The notes beneath the pieces were generated by a model, which worked only from the letters and a program-made list of their open reading frames with translations, searched no databases and was not told the origin of the DNA. Positions 10,956 to 20,655 of a stretch of 64,000 nucleotides of DNA are shown here, one piece after another (positions within the stretch are counted from its first letter, which is position 1; every line of letters starts with the position of its first letter). The stretch comes from an uncultured Planctomycetota bacterium (GTDB lineage: Bacteria; Planctomycetota; Planctomycetia; Isosphaerales; Isosphaeraceae): the NCBI GenBank assembly GCA_963823665.1, contig CAWGMQ010000010.1, forward strand, positions 608,001 through 672,000. Reading direction: 5' to 3'. A program made the position numbers and the translations under genes.

Positions 10956-11933
10956 ATGAATCCGTTCTCCTCTGGCGGTGCGATGTTCGCAATCAGCGTG
11001 GCGATTCATCTCCTGGGCCAGGTTGCGACCGCCCCCAATCTCCCCGGCGCGCCGACCGCCGAACAGAAGGCCGTGGCATTCCTCGTCCGCGAGGTGCCGC
11101 GCTGGTCTCGCCAGAACCACTGCTTCTCCTGCCACAACAACGGTGACGCCGCCCGGGCTCTCTTCCAGGCATCCAGGGCCGGCATCCGGGTTCCCGACGA
11201 TGCCCTCACCGATACGGTCACTTGGCTCCAGAAGCCGGAAGCCTGGGACCATAATGGCGGGGAAGGCCCGTTCGTCGACAAACGCCTGGCCCGTGTGGCG
11301 TTCACAGGAGCGCTTGCGGCCGCGGTCTCAACGAGCAGGCTCAAGGATCGCAAAGCCCTGTTGAAGGCCGCCGAGCTGCTTGCACGCGACCAGGCCGCTG
11401 ACGGATCGTGGCATCTCGAAGGAGAAGACTCCACGAGCGCACCGGCAAACTACGGCCGCCCGCTGGCCACGCTCCTGGCCAGGGAATGCCTTGCCACCGC
11501 CGAGCCAGCACGCTTTCACACCGCCATCGATCGCGCCGACGCCTGGCTCGGAAATCGCAAAACGCAAAACGTGACGGACGCCTCGGTCGCTCTTCTGTGG
11601 CTGTCCACCGCCCCGCGCCCATCCGACGCCAAGCTCCGCCCCCGCGCACTCGAAGTGCTCGCGCGCGCCCAGTCCCCAGACGGCGGCTGGGGCCCCGACG
11701 CCTTCTCACCCCCCGAACCCTTCGACACCGCGCTCGCTCTGCTCGCCCTCGCGAAATGCGAGCCCTCCGGGGCAGTAAAATCCATGATCACCAGCGGCCG
11801 CAAGTTCCTGATCAAGGATCAGCGCGACGACGGAAGCTGGCCCGAAACCACGCGTCCGCCCGGCATCGTCAGCTACGCCGAGCGAATCTCCACCGCCGGC
11901 TGGGCCACCCTAGCCCTCGTTGCCACCAGATAA
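10956..11933 (+). CDS. prenyltransferase/squalene-cyclase-repeat (QW-motif) protein with N-terminal CxxCH
   Basis: QAADGSW, QSPDGGW and QRDDGSW repeats; CFSCH near the N-terminus. Confidence 0.75.
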   Translation: MNPFSSGGAMFAISVAIHLLGQVATAPNLPGAPTAEQKAVAFLVREVPRWSRQNHCFSCHNNGDAARALFQASRAGIRVPDDALTDTVTWLQKPEAWDHNGGEGPFVDKRLARVAFTGALAAAVSTSRLKDRKALLKAAELLARDQAADGSWHLEGEDSTSAPANYGRPLATLLARECLATAEPARFHTAIDRADAWLGNRKTQNVTDASVALLWLSTAPRPSDAKLRPRALEVLARAQSPDGGWGPDAFSPPEPFDTALALLALAKCEPSGAVKSMITSGRKFLIKDQRDDGSWPETTRPPGIVSYAERISTAGWATLALVATR

Positions 11934-12252
11934 AAGGTGTCAGTCCATGACGACGTGGTTCAGCTCGCGCCTGATACCGACTTGCCAGTCCGCGAGAACG
12001 CGCGGCGAATTCTCCGGCGCATGGCCGAAGGCGCGAAACGAGAGCGCCTCGGTCTAGCCATCAACCGGACAGCAGCCACACCCCACATGCCGCCCGGCCC
12101 AATCGATTGATACAATCATCTGACGGTGGCCTCCGATATCCACGGACTGATCCGCGCGTCAAGCAATCGCGCCGGGCCGCGTTCATGATCTCGGCGGACG
12201 CCAATCATCCCACACGATAGCACCGCATTCGCCTCGTGAGCCGGAGCATTCG

Positions 12253-13974
12253 ATGCCCACCAAATTCGCGGCGATCTGCATCATCCTGCTGTTCCCAGCA
12301 CCGATCCGATCAGACCCTTCGCCACCCGTCGAACCCAACCCCTTCCCCGTCACAATCCGCATCGACGCCTCACGAGAAATCGGCTCCCTGCCCCCCATCT
12401 GGCGATTCTTCGGTGCCGACGAGCCCAACTACGCCTATATGAAAGACGGCCAGAAACTGCTGACACAGCTCGGCCGCCTTCGCCCGGGATCAGTCTGCTT
12501 CCGCACGCACAACCTGCTGACCTCCGGCGATGGCACACCGGCCCTGAAATGGGGATCCACCGGCGCCTATGCCGAAGACCCGCAGGGCCGCCCGGTTTAC
12601 AACTGGTCGATCGTCGACCGGATCTTTGACACCTACCTCGAGCGCGGCGTGCACCCCTACGTGCAGATCGGCTTCATGCCCAGGGAATTCTCGATCAAGC
12701 CCGAGCCCTACCAGCATCGCTGGACACCTTCCGCCAGATATGATGAGATCTACACGGGCTGGTCCTACCCCCCCAAGGACTATGCAAAATGGGCCGAGCT
12801 GGTCTACCAGTGGACGAAGCACTGCATCGAGAAGTACGGCCGCAACGAAGTCGAGTCGTGGTACTGGGAAACATGGAACGAAGCCAACATCGGCTACTGG
12901 CGCGGCACGCCCGAGGAATTCCGCAAGCTGCACGACTATGCCATCGACGCCGTCAAGCGGGCGCTCCCGACGGCGCGGGTCGGCGGCGCCGACTCGGCCG
13001 GCAGCGGCGGCAAGTTCACCCGTGACTTCCTCGAGCACTGCCTGCGCGGGACCAACTTCGCAACCGGCAAGCCCGGCACGCCGATCGATTTCGTCTCGTT
13101 CCACGCCAAGGGCTCGCCGACCTTCTTCGACGGCCACGTCCGCATGGGAATCGCCAACCAGCTTCGGACGATCAATGACGGCTTCCGCATCGTCGCTTCC
13201 TTCCCTGAGCTCAAGGGTAAGCCGATCATCATCGGCGAGTCCGACCCTGACGGCTGCGCCGCCTGCCAGGGCCCGCAGCTCGGTTATCGCAACGGCACGA
13301 TGTACTCGAGCTACACGGCCGCGAGCTTCGCCCGCAAGTATGAACTCGCCCAGCGCCACGGTGTGAACCTCGAAGGCGCCCTGACGTGGGCTTTTGAATT
13401 TGAAGGCCAGCCGTATTTCGCCGGTTTCCGGGTGCTGGCGACGAACGGCATCGACCTACCGGTCATGAACGTGTTCCGCATGTTCAGCCTGATGGGCGGC
13501 CGCCGCCTCGAAGCGCGAAGCTCCGGAGCAATACCGCTCGACGCCATCCTCTCGAGCGGCGTCCGCGGCGATCCCGACGTCTCCGCGCTTGCCGCGCTCG
13601 ATGGCGAAGGAAAAACGCTCTCCGTCCTGATCTGGCATTACCATGACGACGACGTCGCCGGCCCCGACGCGGCGGTCTCGCTCGAGATCAGCGGCCTGCC
13701 CGATGCAGCCGGTCCGTTCCTGCTTCACCACTACCGCGTCGATCGCCTCCACAGCAACGCGTTCGAGGTATGGAAACGCATGGGCTCGCCCCCTCAGCCA
13801 GCGCCCGAGCAATACGCCGAGCTCGCCCGCGCCTCGCAGCTCGCGCTCCTCGACTCGCCGGAATGGCTGCGGGCCCAGCGCGGCGTGCTCAAGCTCGAAT
13901 TGAATCTACCACGCCAGGCGGTATCACTGCTCAGAATCGAGCGCGGCGCCCCTGCCTCGATCTCCAGGCCTTGA
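12253..13974 (+). CDS. GH39 beta-xylosidase, secreted
   Basis: Signal peptide, RTHNLL, WETWNEAN (acid/base), SFHAKG, IIGESDP (nucleophile region). Confidence 0.88.
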   Translation: MPTKFAAICIILLFPAPIRSDPSPPVEPNPFPVTIRIDASREIGSLPPIWRFFGADEPNYAYMKDGQKLLTQLGRLRPGSVCFRTHNLLTSGDGTPALKWGSTGAYAEDPQGRPVYNWSIVDRIFDTYLERGVHPYVQIGFMPREFSIKPEPYQHRWTPSARYDEIYTGWSYPPKDYAKWAELVYQWTKHCIEKYGRNEVESWYWETWNEANIGYWRGTPEEFRKLHDYAIDAVKRALPTARVGGADSAGSGGKFTRDFLEHCLRGTNFATGKPGTPIDFVSFHAKGSPTFFDGHVRMGIANQLRTINDGFRIVASFPELKGKPIIIGESDPDGCAACQGPQLGYRNGTMYSSYTAASFARKYELAQRHGVNLEGALTWAFEFEGQPYFAGFRVLATNGIDLPVMNVFRMFSLMGGRRLEARSSGAIPLDAILSSGVRGDPDVSALAALDGEGKTLSVLIWHYHDDDVAGPDAAVSLEISGLPDAAGPFLLHHYRVDRLHSNAFEVWKRMGSPPQPAPEQYAELARASQLALLDSPEWLRAQRGVLKLELNLPRQAVSLLRIERGAPASISRP

Positions 13975-14029
13975 GAAGAGTACCCCCAAGCACCGAGGGA
14001 ACCCTCGCACTGTCTCTCCCGGCGGAAGC

Positions 14030-14145
14030 CGGCACGGGAATCGAGAAGATCACGCCGGCGTCGAAGATCGTGCCGTCGCCGTCTTTCCCACCGTCGGATG
14101 TCATGCCGTACAAGGTCGAGAGGTCGAGCGTGAGCGAAACCGCGG
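14030..14145 (-). pseudogene. remnant of TIGR03803-type (Gloeo/Verruco) repeat protein
   Basis: SLTLDLSTLYGMTSDGGKDGDGTIF..GVIFSIP, with no intact gene around it. Confidence 0.45.
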
Positions 14146-14821
14146 GCCAATATGTCTTTCGCGCGACCGAGCGAAACCCGCTAGGCCGATCGCGCCTACA
14201 GCAGCCACGGAATGAGTCGGTCACGCTCGTCCTGCGTCGGCGTGAGGCCGACGACCCGGCAGCCATCGAGCGCGGCCATGACCTCACCTTTGAGGATCAA
14301 GGTAAGGAGGTCGTAGTCCGGTATCACGCGGCTCACTTCCCGCTCGATCTCTTCCGGCGAGAGCGATGTGCAGGCGTGATACAGCGAGGCGTAGCCGCAA
14401 ATCGTCCGAGCCGTCCAGCGGCCGACCGCGTCGAGCTCGGTGTCAGCCGCGAAATCCGCGCCGCCGGGCGCCGGCGCAGCCCGGTAGTGAAGCTCACAAA
14501 TACCATCCGCATCGCGATCACCACCGGCAGTTCGCAAGGCTCCATTTCCGCGGCGCTCCTGATTAAGGCGACTCGCATCCCACCAAAGTCTCTTGGCGCA
14601 TCATCTGATTCCGGAGATGTACCCAGGCCACGCATCCACGCGGAAGATCCTCTCGCCGGTCGCGATAAAGTAAGCCCATATCGCCGATCGTATGGCCTTA
14701 TTAAGGAATCGCCAATTTGGCGACGGGAGTTGCGTTTTTTTTGTGCTAAACCGCAGGAATTGGCGAACCACCGTGCTGATACATGGAAAGAGAGCCCATC
14801 CCGCAACCCCCTGCGATGCGC

Positions 14822-15205
14822 TCACGGTATCGTCGCAGGCGCCCCCGGCTTCCGCCTCAGCTCGATTTCGGATCCCTGAGCTCGAAGTTTCAATCCAAAA
14901 GAACGTGCAAGCGCGGGATCAACTTCATCGAGCGCCTTCTTGAGCTTCGCAGCGTCCGGAACAACGAGTGACTCGTCCCCGCCGATTTGCCGGATGAACA
15001 GACGTCCGTCCGCCTTGTAGTCGACCGTGATGGTTGCCCCTTCGGCGAGCTTCACGCCATCAATGGACACGACAACCCACTCCCCGAACAGGTCCTTTGC
15101 CGGCCTAGCCGGGCCACCCGGTCCGGACCACCCTCCGCGCAGCAGCAAGAACCCAACGGCCACGACGGAGCAAAGAGCGAATAGCCTTGACAGTCGCGCC
15201 ACCAC
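14822..15205 (-). CDS. hypothetical secreted small beta-barrel (lipocalin-like) protein
   Basis: Signal-like N-terminus; LFGEWVVVSIDG...TVDYKADG. Confidence 0.5.
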   Translation of the reverse strand: MVARLSRLFALCSVVAVGFLLLRGGWSGPGGPARPAKDLFGEWVVVSIDGVKLAEGATITVDYKADGRLFIRQIGGDESLVVPDAAKLKKALDEVDPALARSFGLKLRAQGSEIELRRKPGAPATIP

Positions 15206-15645
15206 GCTGGAACCACGGGCGAATCCACGAATCACAGCAATCCGCCTCGAAATAGGAGCCGATATGCGGCAGGCAACCTGGAGACCTGGCCATGCCGTTC
15301 TCGTTGAAGCTAACACCCTGATCGGTCGAAAAGCCAGCATATCCAGGCCGCACCTCCCGCTGGAATGGGCGTGCACGCGCGCGATTGTGCGTCCCCCAAT
15401 TCTCGGCCCGTGCAGTCTCTCGCGTGAGCTTCATCGCGCTGGAACGAGAAGCCGCTGAAGCGCACGTGGAGTTCGCGGCCGCGATGTGATAATTTGTGCC
15501 AACCTCGATTGACGCAGCCGCATCGCGATCGAGCTGGCATCCCACGGCAGTGCTCATCATCGCGTTTTCTCCCTTGTTCTTCGCAGGACACGTCGTCATC
15601 GGCGAGTTGCGGAAGAACAGTGAACGGAAGCCAGCAGCGGGCTGA

Positions 15646-15667
15646 GTAGGTCAGGCGTTAGCCTGAC
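15646..15667. repeat. GTAG-type REP hairpin
   Basis: gtag-gtcaggc-gtta-gcctgac; a near-identical copy is at 63280. Confidence 0.65.
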
Positions 15668-15757
15668 GATTTTCTTAAATAGATGGCTAGGCGGCCGCAT
15701 CGAAGGAGCCTCCACCCGTCTCAATAATAGTCAGAATCAAAACACCCACGGTCCACC

Positions 15758-17020
15758 ATGCCAAGAGTCTGCCTTCACCTCAACGCCACCAACGAGTGGT
15801 GGGGCTATGCCAAGTCGTTCAGCGGCTTGGGCACGGAGTACGCCCTGGTCTGTACCGCTTGCTCCGCATTTCCAGAGACAATTGAGGCCAGCCTGCGGTC
15901 AGTCTCAATCGAGCGGTTCGCGCAGATTGAAGAAAATGGCGACTGGGAACCCGGACGCAACGCGATACTCGGCAAACCTCAAGTTCTGGAACGCCCGGAA
16001 CCGCTCTCGTTCCGCCACGCAGAGATCGCCCAGGCTGGCTCGTTGCCGGGAACAATCTCCGACTTGAAGCCCATGGCAACGTCACGCAGCGCCGCATGCT
16101 TGATCTTGACCGACGAGGGCGATGTGCTCGTCATCAGACCGCATGAAAGATCGCTCCGTAGACTCCTGAACGTTCACGAAGTCTCGCCAACGCTCACCCC
16201 GAGATTGTCGCTCGGCGTCTCACCTCTAGGCGACATGGCTGCAATCGTCGAGGCGCGAGGCCGGCGCGGATTCGTGGTCAATCTGGAGAGCGGTCGAAAG
16301 ACCATGGACATGGACCGCGGCGATTACCATCCCGAGCAAACCGAATTCCCCTCGGCCTTCTTCGAGTCCGGCGGCCAACTGCGACTCGTCCATGGAACCG
16401 GCTGGAACCGGCTGGATATCTCCGATCCCAGGACTGGATTGAAATTCACCGATCGGTCACCGACGTCCTATGAGCGGGGCGAAGCGCGGCCCGAACATTA
16501 CCTCGATTACTTCCACGGAGAGCTCTCCGTCTCGCCGGGGGGCGAGCGCATTGTCGACAACGGCTGGGCCTGGCATCCCGTTGGTGGCGTCGCGATCTGG
16601 AGCCTCGGGCGGTGGGCCGAAGAAAACCGCTGGGAGTCTGAAGACGGTCCCTCGAGGCAAGTCCTCTGCTGGCGAGACTATTACTGGGGCGGACCGCTCT
16701 GCTGGGTCGACGATCGCATGTTGGCGGTCTGGGGCTATGGCAATTACGTCGAAAACCTCATCCCCGCCGCGCAGATCTTCGACACCCAAACCGGCCGGCT
16801 CATCCGCTGGTTCGCCGGGCCGGTGGGAACATTCGCCTTCGATCGCTATCTTTTCTCCTCTTCGCCCGAGGCCGGCACTTCTGTTTGGGATATTGCATCA
16901 GGCGAACGCGTGCTGCACGACGCCGCTTTCAATCCGACATGCTTCCATCCCGGAACACGTGAGTTCATCACGCTGACAACCAGCGGTGGACTTCGTCTGA
17001 GCCGGCTCGTTGAAGCTTGA
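15758..17020 (+). CDS. hypothetical protein (beta-propeller-like)
   Basis: 420-aa ORF with Trp-rich conserved-looking motifs (WNRLDISDP, LDYFHG, SPGG..IVDNGWAWHP). Confidence 0.7.
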   Translation: MPRVCLHLNATNEWWGYAKSFSGLGTEYALVCTACSAFPETIEASLRSVSIERFAQIEENGDWEPGRNAILGKPQVLERPEPLSFRHAEIAQAGSLPGTISDLKPMATSRSAACLILTDEGDVLVIRPHERSLRRLLNVHEVSPTLTPRLSLGVSPLGDMAAIVEARGRRGFVVNLESGRKTMDMDRGDYHPEQTEFPSAFFESGGQLRLVHGTGWNRLDISDPRTGLKFTDRSPTSYERGEARPEHYLDYFHGELSVSPGGERIVDNGWAWHPVGGVAIWSLGRWAEENRWESEDGPSRQVLCWRDYYWGGPLCWVDDRMLAVWGYGNYVENLIPAAQIFDTQTGRLIRWFAGPVGTFAFDRYLFSSSPEAGTSVWDIASGERVLHDAAFNPTCFHPGTREFITLTTSGGLRLSRLVEA

Positions 17021-17205
17021 GCAGTGACTCCGTAGAACCACATCCTGCCGATATTCCGGTCAGCGAAGCATGGGATTTACAAATGGATATCCGTGAACAG
17101 TTAGGCCATTCCGCCGGCGGCACGGATTCAACCTCCGCTTGACCTCCGCTACTCCCGTCGTCAGACTTCTTCGAGACACTTGCGGCTGCGAGGAGGACGC
17201 ACGCA

Positions 17206-18331
17206 ATGAATTTCGAACAGTTGCTCAAGTTCGGCGTTGATCAGGGTGCGTCGGCCATTCATCTCCAGGCGGAGTCGTCCCCACAGTTGCGTATCGGGGG
17301 GCTGATGCGCAACGTCGAAGGCTCTCCACTGAAAGCCGATGAGCTGAAGGCGTTCATTACCTCGATCGGCCCGAAGTCCGTCGTCGACGATATCGATCGG
17401 TCACTGGCGTCCGGATCGATCTTCTCGACATCGCTCGCGGCCGGCCGGTTCCGCTGCACCATCTTCAATCAGATCGGCGGGCCAAGCCTCGTGCTGCGGC
17501 TGATTCCCTCGACGATCAAAAGCATCGAGGAGCTGAACCTGCCGCGGGCCGTCCGCGAGATCGCGCTGGCTAGCCGCGGGCTCACCCTCGTCGTCGGCCC
17601 CAATGGAAGCGGCAAGAGCACAACCCTGGCCGCGATGGTCGACGTGATCAACGCGGCCTCCTACCAGAAGATCGTGACAATTGAGAACCCCGTCGAAATC
17701 CTTCACGCGAACAAGAAAGCCATGATGACCCAGATGGAGGTCGGGCGGAACGTCACCTCGTTCGAGCACGGTGTCGGCCTGGCGCTAACGCAGGACGCGG
17801 ACGTGATCGTCGTCGGCGATCTTCGCGAGGAAGCGGTGGCGCGGATGGTACTCGGCGCGGCTGAGGCTGGCCAGAGAGTCCTGGCCGTCATGACCGGCCT
17901 TAACGCCACCCAGGCGATTGCACGGTTCGTCTCGTTGTTCCCGCTCGACCAGAGGGAGACCGCGCTCTCCCAACTGGCCACTGCACTCGGGGGGGTCATC
18001 GCTCAGCAGCTCGCCAAGACGCGCGATGGCAAGTTCCGGCCCGCCGTCGAGGTGTTCCGCGGTGGAGCGGCGGTGTCCCAGTCCATCCTGGATAACCGTC
18101 TCCAGGATCTCAGGCATCAAATCGCGAGCCGCCAGGGCGGGATGCAGTCCCTCGACCAGCACCTGATCGAGTTGAACCGGTCCGGCGTGATCAGTGGCAC
18201 GGAGACGATGCGATTGGCCACCAACCCCGAGGCCGTGGGCACTCGAGCTTCGCGCCGTCCGTCAAGTGAATCCCGCCCCGGCGCCTGCCGACCCGGATCT
18301 TCCTTGGCCCGAAGAGGCTCTCAAAAAATAG
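17206..18331 (+). CDS. PilT/PilU-like protein with degenerate catalytic motifs (frameshift ~18238)
   Basis: Full PilT fold: ASAIHL, GRFRC, GPNGSGKSTT, GMQSLDQHL. The likely C-terminus LELRAVRQ...ALKK* is in a shifted frame. Confidence 0.85.
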
Positions 18332-18366
18332 TTGGCCGGGTAAGAGTCCCTGACATGATGATCAAC

Positions 18367-19408
18367 ATGATGAAGGCCATACGCAGACTACCACTGATCG
18401 CCGCCGCGCTCGTAAGTGCGGCATTTCTCGCAGCAACAATTGTGCAAGCAGCCGACCCGCTCCCCTCGTGGAACGACCGTCCGGCCAAACAATCCATCAT
18501 CACTTTCGTCGAAAAGGTCACAAAACCCGGCTCGGCCGATTTTGTGCCGGTGCCGGAACGCATCGCCACTTTTGACAACGATGGCACGCTCTGGTGCGAG
18601 CAGCCGCTGCCCGTTCAACTCTTCTTCGCGCTCGACCGCGTGAAGGTGCTTGCGCCGCAGCATCCCGAATGGAAGGACAAGGAACCGTTTGCCTCGCTGC
18701 TTAAGGGTGATTTGAAATCGGCGCTCGTCGGCGGCCGCAGCGCGGCGCTGGAGATTTTGTCGGTCACGCACGCGGGCATGACCACGGTGGAATTCGAGCA
18801 GATCGTCAAGGACTGGATCGCGACCGCGAAGACATCCGAAATACAAGAAGCTCTACACCGAGCTGGTCTATCAGCCGATGCTCGAGCTGCTGGCCTATCT
18901 GCGGGCAAATGGCTTCAAGACCTTCATCGTCTCCGGCGGCGGCATCGAGTTCATGCGCCCGTGGGCCGAGCAGGTTTACGGCATCCCGCCGGAACAGGTC
19001 GTCGGCAGCAGCATCAAGACGAAGTTTGAACTGCGCGACGGCAAACCCGTGCTTGTGCGTCTGCCGGAGCTGAACTTCATCGACGACAAGGCGGGCAAGC
19101 CGCTCGGCATCAACCTGCACATCGGCCGCCGGCCGATCGCCGCGTTCGGCAACTCCGATGGCGACCGCGAGATGCTGGAATACACGCAGGGCGGCAGCGG
19201 CGCGCGGTTCATGCTGCTGGTGCTGCACGATGATGCGGAACGCGAATACGCATATGGCCCGGCTCAGGGATTGCCGGACGTCCAGCTTGGTGCCTTCACG
19301 CCGGCGCTTTACGAGCAAGCGAAGAAAGACGGCTGGACGGTTGTCAGCATGAAGGACGATTGGAAGACCGTCTTCGCGTCCCCCGCAGGCTCCGGGCAGG
19401 GCCATTGA
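18367..19408 (+). CDS. secreted HAD-family hydrolase (acid phosphatase-like; frameshift ~18830)
   Basis: Signal peptide, LPSWND, FDNDGTLW, IVSGGG, FGNSDGD, SMKDDW. Confidence 0.88.
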
Positions 19409-19447
19409 TATCCTGCTCGAGCTGGACGCCACGAGGAGACGGTGACG

Positions 19448-20416
19448 ATGACGAGTGAGCGAACCCCGATTAGCCGCGAGACTTTGGACCAGCGGATTCG
19501 TTCCGAGGTGGCGGCGCTAGAAGGCCATGACCTGGATTGGTGGCACGCCCATCGAGTCGAGCCGTTCCTACTCCCGCGCTGGAGTCTTTCACCCTACGCT
19601 GTGGCGCTGAGCGACGGAATCGCTCTTGTCTTCTTCGACGTTCTTGACGAATTCGGCAGCTATAGCCCAGAGCGCTGGAACGACAGCCTCATCCTTTACG
19701 GGAGTCTAGCCGATGCGGTGCGTCGCCTGGCGACAAGAGATTCGATGACGCGCGTATTCGCCGAAACGACCGCGTCCCTGCTGCGACTGGGAATCCTTGA
19801 TCGTGGCGACAGTGATGCTAAGAGCCAGGCGATGGAAGCCCTGGCCGCATTCGGGCCCGCTGCGGCGGTTGCGGTCCCCAAGATAGTCGAGATCATGAGT
19901 CAAGAGGCGCTTGCCGCCGGGTTGCATGAACAGGCGGTAGCGACGCTGGCCAAAATTGGTCCGGGGGCCGCTGACGCTGTTCCGAAGCTGATCATGATGG
20001 CCGAACTCGACACGGCCAACGCCAGGGCTCGGTGCCTGACAGCATTCGAATCGATCGGACCCGCTGCCGTTGCGGCAGTTCCGTTTCTGATCGACTTCCT
20101 GATGCATCGACCACCTTTCGACCCAGACCCGTTCGACATCAAGATGACCGCGGACGCCCTGGGGAACATCATGGCACTGGAAGCGCTTCCGGCTCTCCTC
20201 CAGACCCTTGCCGAGACGGATGATCCGGAAGTCGCGTTCTCCATCATACGAGCCATCGGAAAGCTCGGCCCTGACGCAACCAAAGCTGCGCCGATACTCG
20301 CAGCGTTCGTCGGCAGTCATCCCGAGGACAGCCGGTTCCGGGAGGACGCGTTCGTCCAGAAGGCCGCCAGCGAGGCCCTCCGTCGAGTCGTCAGACCGAG
20401 ACCGGTCAATCCGTAG
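19448..20416 (+). CDS. HEAT-repeat protein
   Basis: Repeated AL/TL.xxGP.A..AVP.L motifs. Confidence 0.75.
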   Translation: MTSERTPISRETLDQRIRSEVAALEGHDLDWWHAHRVEPFLLPRWSLSPYAVALSDGIALVFFDVLDEFGSYSPERWNDSLILYGSLADAVRRLATRDSMTRVFAETTASLLRLGILDRGDSDAKSQAMEALAAFGPAAAVAVPKIVEIMSQEALAAGLHEQAVATLAKIGPGAADAVPKLIMMAELDTANARARCLTAFESIGPAAVAAVPFLIDFLMHRPPFDPDPFDIKMTADALGNIMALEALPALLQTLAETDDPEVAFSIIRAIGKLGPDATKAAPILAAFVGSHPEDSRFREDAFVQKAASEALRRVVRPRPVNP

Positions 20417-20419
20417 TTG

Positions 20420-20491
20420 GCCAGAAGTGCACCTATGTTCGGGCCTGGCTCGACGACGTCCTCGGCGGCTGAACCGCCCTTCGGGTAAGAT
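20420..20491 (+). pseudogene. 3' tip remnant of ECF sigma factor (TIGR02999-like); copy A of 72-bp direct repeat
   Basis: Translates QKCTYVRAWLDDVLGG*; 58/72 nt identical, ungapped, to 31847-31918. Confidence 0.7.
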
Positions 20492-20520
20492 ACACTCGGC
20501 GCGGGACTGGATCAGCAATT

Positions 20521-20541
20521 GTAGGGTGGGTGAAACCCACC
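20521..20541. repeat. GTAG-type REP hairpin
   Basis: gtag-ggtgggt-gaa-acccacc. Confidence 0.6.
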
Positions 20542-20655
20542 ATCGGCCCCGTCGTCATTTTCATGCGAGCCGAATGGGCAAGTGGCTCACCAGAAGGTTC
20601 GCCCTCGCGAGGGATCGCGTTCGCGGAATCGTTCGTTGCTCTTGAGAACCATCTG

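Noticed and set aside
14196..14537. 113-aa minus-strand ORF
   Set aside because: No recognisable family or clear start; it may be a remnant but cannot be supported.
17206..19029. Apparent PilT-HAD phosphatase fusion (607 aa)
   Set aside because: A shifted frame gives a plausible PilT end at 18331, and the HAD has its own signal peptide from 18367.
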